This document shows positions 61,376 through 64,000 of a stretch of 64,000 nucleotides of DNA, one piece after another (the stretch's first letter is position 1; each line of letters opens with the position of its first letter). The notes under the pieces were generated by a model, which had not been told where the DNA came from, made no database searches, and saw only the letters and a program-made list of their open reading frames with translations. Source of the stretch: Albugo candida (taxonomy: Eukaryota); assembly GCA_040437565.1 (NCBI GenBank), contig JBDOQK010000011.1:248001-312000 (forward strand). The letters are read 5' to 3'. Both the position numbers and the translations under genes were made by a program.

Positions 61376-63199
61376 TTAGTTTGCAACTGCTTTTTGCGTC
61401 TCAGTGACGCAATGGATTGCAGACGCTACAATCGAGGTTTTTGAGTCACGATTCAGTTCGAAACGATTCTGAGCCGCGATTTTACGATTGATGGCATCGA
61501 TGTAGGCAGTAGCCGACGATACAAAAATATCCGTATCAGCGCCGTGACCAACGTATTGGCGAACTCGAGTCAGTCCAGTTTGCGGATTCATAAACCCAGC
61601 GGGTGAGTCAATGTTGTCAGTATCCTCGCTATCTGCTGCTTCTTGAATTCGAACTGTCACTTCGCCTAGGGCACACGTACCGTCTGTGGTACTATTCACT
61701 GAGTACTCGTTTAGCTTAAGTTTTTCGGTCCTAGTGGCTCGCTGAATAGCAACACATATGGCATCTATAGGTCCGATACCCATTGCTGCTTCACTGACTT
61801 CTTCACCATCTATACTGACTAAGGTAACGGTAGCGGTTGGCTTCACACGATTTCCAGCCGTGACATGCACCAACTGAAGGGTCCAATATGCCTCAGATCG
61901 GTAGAGCTCATCTGATAGAATGGCATCAATATCAGCGTCTGTGATTGATTTCTTCTCATCTGCGAGTTTCTTGAACTTGTCCACATAATGGGCTAGCTGC
62001 TCAGGTGTTAGATCTGTATAGCCTAGTTGATGCAAACGCTTGCTATATGCATGACGACCGGAATGTTTACCAAGAACCATCTTGCTTTCATTAAGACCTA
62101 CCGATTCAGGGCACATGATTTCATACGTCGCTTGATGCTTTAGAACTCCATCTTGATGAATGCCAGATTCGTGTGCAAACGCATTTGCACCAACGATAGC
62201 TTTGTTTGCCTGAATATGCATGCCCGTATAGTGGCTGACCATACGACTGCATCGAGTTATGTGAGTTGAATCAATGTCACTGGATACCGGACAATGCTGT
62301 GGACGTGTTTGCAAAGTCATAATCAATTCTTCAAGTGCTGTATTTCCTGCTCTTTCGCCAATACCATTTACTGTCACCTCAGCTTGGCGAGCTCCAGCAC
62401 ATACTCCAGCGAGAGTGTTAGCAGTCGCAAGTCCAAGGTCATTATGACAGTGAGTCGAGAAAATGGCTGCCTCACTTCCTTCAGTGTTCTTAATCAAGTA
62501 ACGGATCAAAGATCCGTATTCATCAGGAACGGTGTACCCCACAGTATCAGGAATGTTGAGGGTCTTTGCGCCAGCTTTGATGACCTCTGCTAGGACTTCA
62601 CACAAAAAATCAGGATCCGTGCGACCAGCATCTTCTGTCGAAAATTCAACATCATCACACAAACTCGAAGCAAAAGAAACTGCTTGAATGGCTTTGCGTA
62701 TACACTCGTCCCTGCTTATTTTGAGTTTATATTGCAAATGAATATCCGATGTCGCCAAGAAAGTATGAATACGGTGACGTGGAGCATGCTTCACAGCATC
62801 ATAACAGCGTTGGATGTCTTTCTCCATTGCACGTGCAAGCCCACAAATGACCATCGGTACTTCTGATTTTCGATTCGCTGTCAATGGCCCAATCTCTTTG
62901 GCGATCGCTGTAACTGCGTCAAAGTCGCCAGGAGAAGAGATTGGAAAACCAGCTTCGCAAACGTCCACACCCAGATGAGAGAGAGAACGAGCGATATCCA
63001 GTTTTTCTCGAAAATTCAGTGTAGCTCCAGGTGATTGTTCGCCATCGCGAAGCGTTGTATCGAAGATAATCAGCTTTTCTCTGGTGTTGGTCGAAAACAG
63101 TGCTTTTTTTCGCTGAAAAAATTCCACGTTTTTGTTTGATCGATGGTGGATTTTGGTCAATTTGTGAATTCGGTGAAAGCCATTCGCACTGCGAAACAT
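61376..63199 (-). CDS. leuA: 2-isopropylmalate synthase with probable mitochondrial presequence
   Basis: IFDTTLRDGEQSPG, HCHNDLG, NGIGERAGN, AFAHESGIHQDG, LGKHSGR, C-terminal regulatory domain (GIGPIDA, ALGEV); basic, acid-poor N-terminus. Confidence 0.97.
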   Translation of the reverse strand: MFRSANGFHRIHKLTKIHHRSNKNVEFFQRKKALFSTNTREKLIIFDTTLRDGEQSPGATLNFREKLDIARSLSHLGVDVCEAGFPISSPGDFDAVTAIAKEIGPLTANRKSEVPMVICGLARAMEKDIQRCYDAVKHAPRHRIHTFLATSDIHLQYKLKISRDECIRKAIQAVSFASSLCDDVEFSTEDAGRTDPDFLCEVLAEVIKAGAKTLNIPDTVGYTVPDEYGSLIRYLIKNTEGSEAAIFSTHCHNDLGLATANTLAGVCAGARQAEVTVNGIGERAGNTALEELIMTLQTRPQHCPVSSDIDSTHITRCSRMVSHYTGMHIQANKAIVGANAFAHESGIHQDGVLKHQATYEIMCPESVGLNESKMVLGKHSGRHAYSKRLHQLGYTDLTPEQLAHYVDKFKKLADEKKSITDADIDAILSDELYRSEAYWTLQLVHVTAGNRVKPTATVTLVSIDGEEVSEAAMGIGPIDAICVAIQRATRTEKLKLNEYSVNSTTDGTCALGEVTVRIQEAADSEDTDNIDSPAGFMNPQTGLTRVRQYVGHGADTDIFVSSATAYIDAINRKIAAQNRFELNRDSKTSIVASAIHCVTETQKAVAN

Positions 63200-64000
63200 T
63201 TTGAGTGTTTTTGGATCTGTTGGTCAGTGGCGATTATGTTTGTGGTACTTACAGTCGTGACAAGTCGTACTTAGCAATCGGTCACCTTGAAAAATAAGGT
63301 AACTCTACTAGCATCACTTGACTACAACTCTTCAAATACGTTGATGGCATTTGGCTGTTACAGGGTTGACAAAAAAGCTGGTATATATGTAGCGTATGAT
63401 TGTAGCCCAGCAACTTCCCATTGCCGCTACAGAAAATCATGATAAAGTGATGGACTGATTCGGGGAGGTGCGTGCATGTCGCAGCACGGCATATCATGGG
63501 GTAGAATCGTAATCTGTGTCGGTTGACAGAGTAGGAGACGTCGAAGTTATTTACAGCTCGATACATGTGCCAAGACGTTTGCATTTACCAGACAGGAGAT
63601 TGTTTTGTTTACATTCGGTCCTCCATACATTTCTCGCACGGTTTCAAGCAGCGCAATTGGCGCTTGATTGAGTTAATTTTTTGGCCTTCGATTTTGAAAT
63701 ATCGAGCCAAAAAAATGCGGGAATGAGGTAATTGCCGAAATGGAGACTAGATTCTTAGATTTGTACTAACAAGACCTTTGCTTAGACCTTCTTACTTCCA
63801 ATTAGCTCTGTTCAATACATGAACATAAACAATGATACTTTATCAAATATTACTAAACTGGAAACTTCATAGTTTCGCAACGGCCCCAGCTGTGTGTCTC
63901 ACCACTTTATTCATCGGTATCCCGTTCGCACGCATTGCTCTCGCCGCACTCGACCCAGATGCCTCCGCCTATGATGTATTCATTGAAATTTAATCTTCCA

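Noticed and set aside
63282-63700. CxxC-containing minus-strand fragments as a CCG-type effector
   Set aside because: No signal peptide, no CxxCxxxxxG match and no continuous ORF.

Overview
Eukaryotic DNA with short (about 45-80 nt) GT-AG introns and very short intergenic distances. Gene content and composition suggest an oomycete, plausibly an Albugo-like obligate biotroph; this is inference, not a database result. The first ~21 kb is gene-sparse and remodelled. It holds three divergent signal-peptide-bearing HAD-superfamily phosphatase paralogues (one catalytically intact, two degenerate) that share a 27-bp upstream motif. It also holds an old segmental duplication (unknown pseudogene + HAD gene + myosin, with the second myosin decayed), a class I myosin with an atypical FYVE insert, a Jjj1/DNAJC21-type DnaJ gene and further relics. 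The remaining ~43 kb is densely packed with housekeeping genes: poly(A) polymerase, APC1, a TYW3-Kelch-TYW2 fusion, a RING protein, an ARL13-like GTPase with extra domains, an alpha/beta hydrolase, an IQ protein, a large helical-repeat protein, a bromodomain-ET protein, an ankyrin-CaaX protein, RIO2, MYB, an IQCC-like protein, an APC permease and 2-isopropylmalate synthase. All eleven 100-N gaps are flanked by direct duplications that look like uncollapsed contig overlaps. The best candidate for an undescribed system is the clustered, possibly co-regulated secreted HAD phosphatase/pseudophosphatase family, which may encode effectors.
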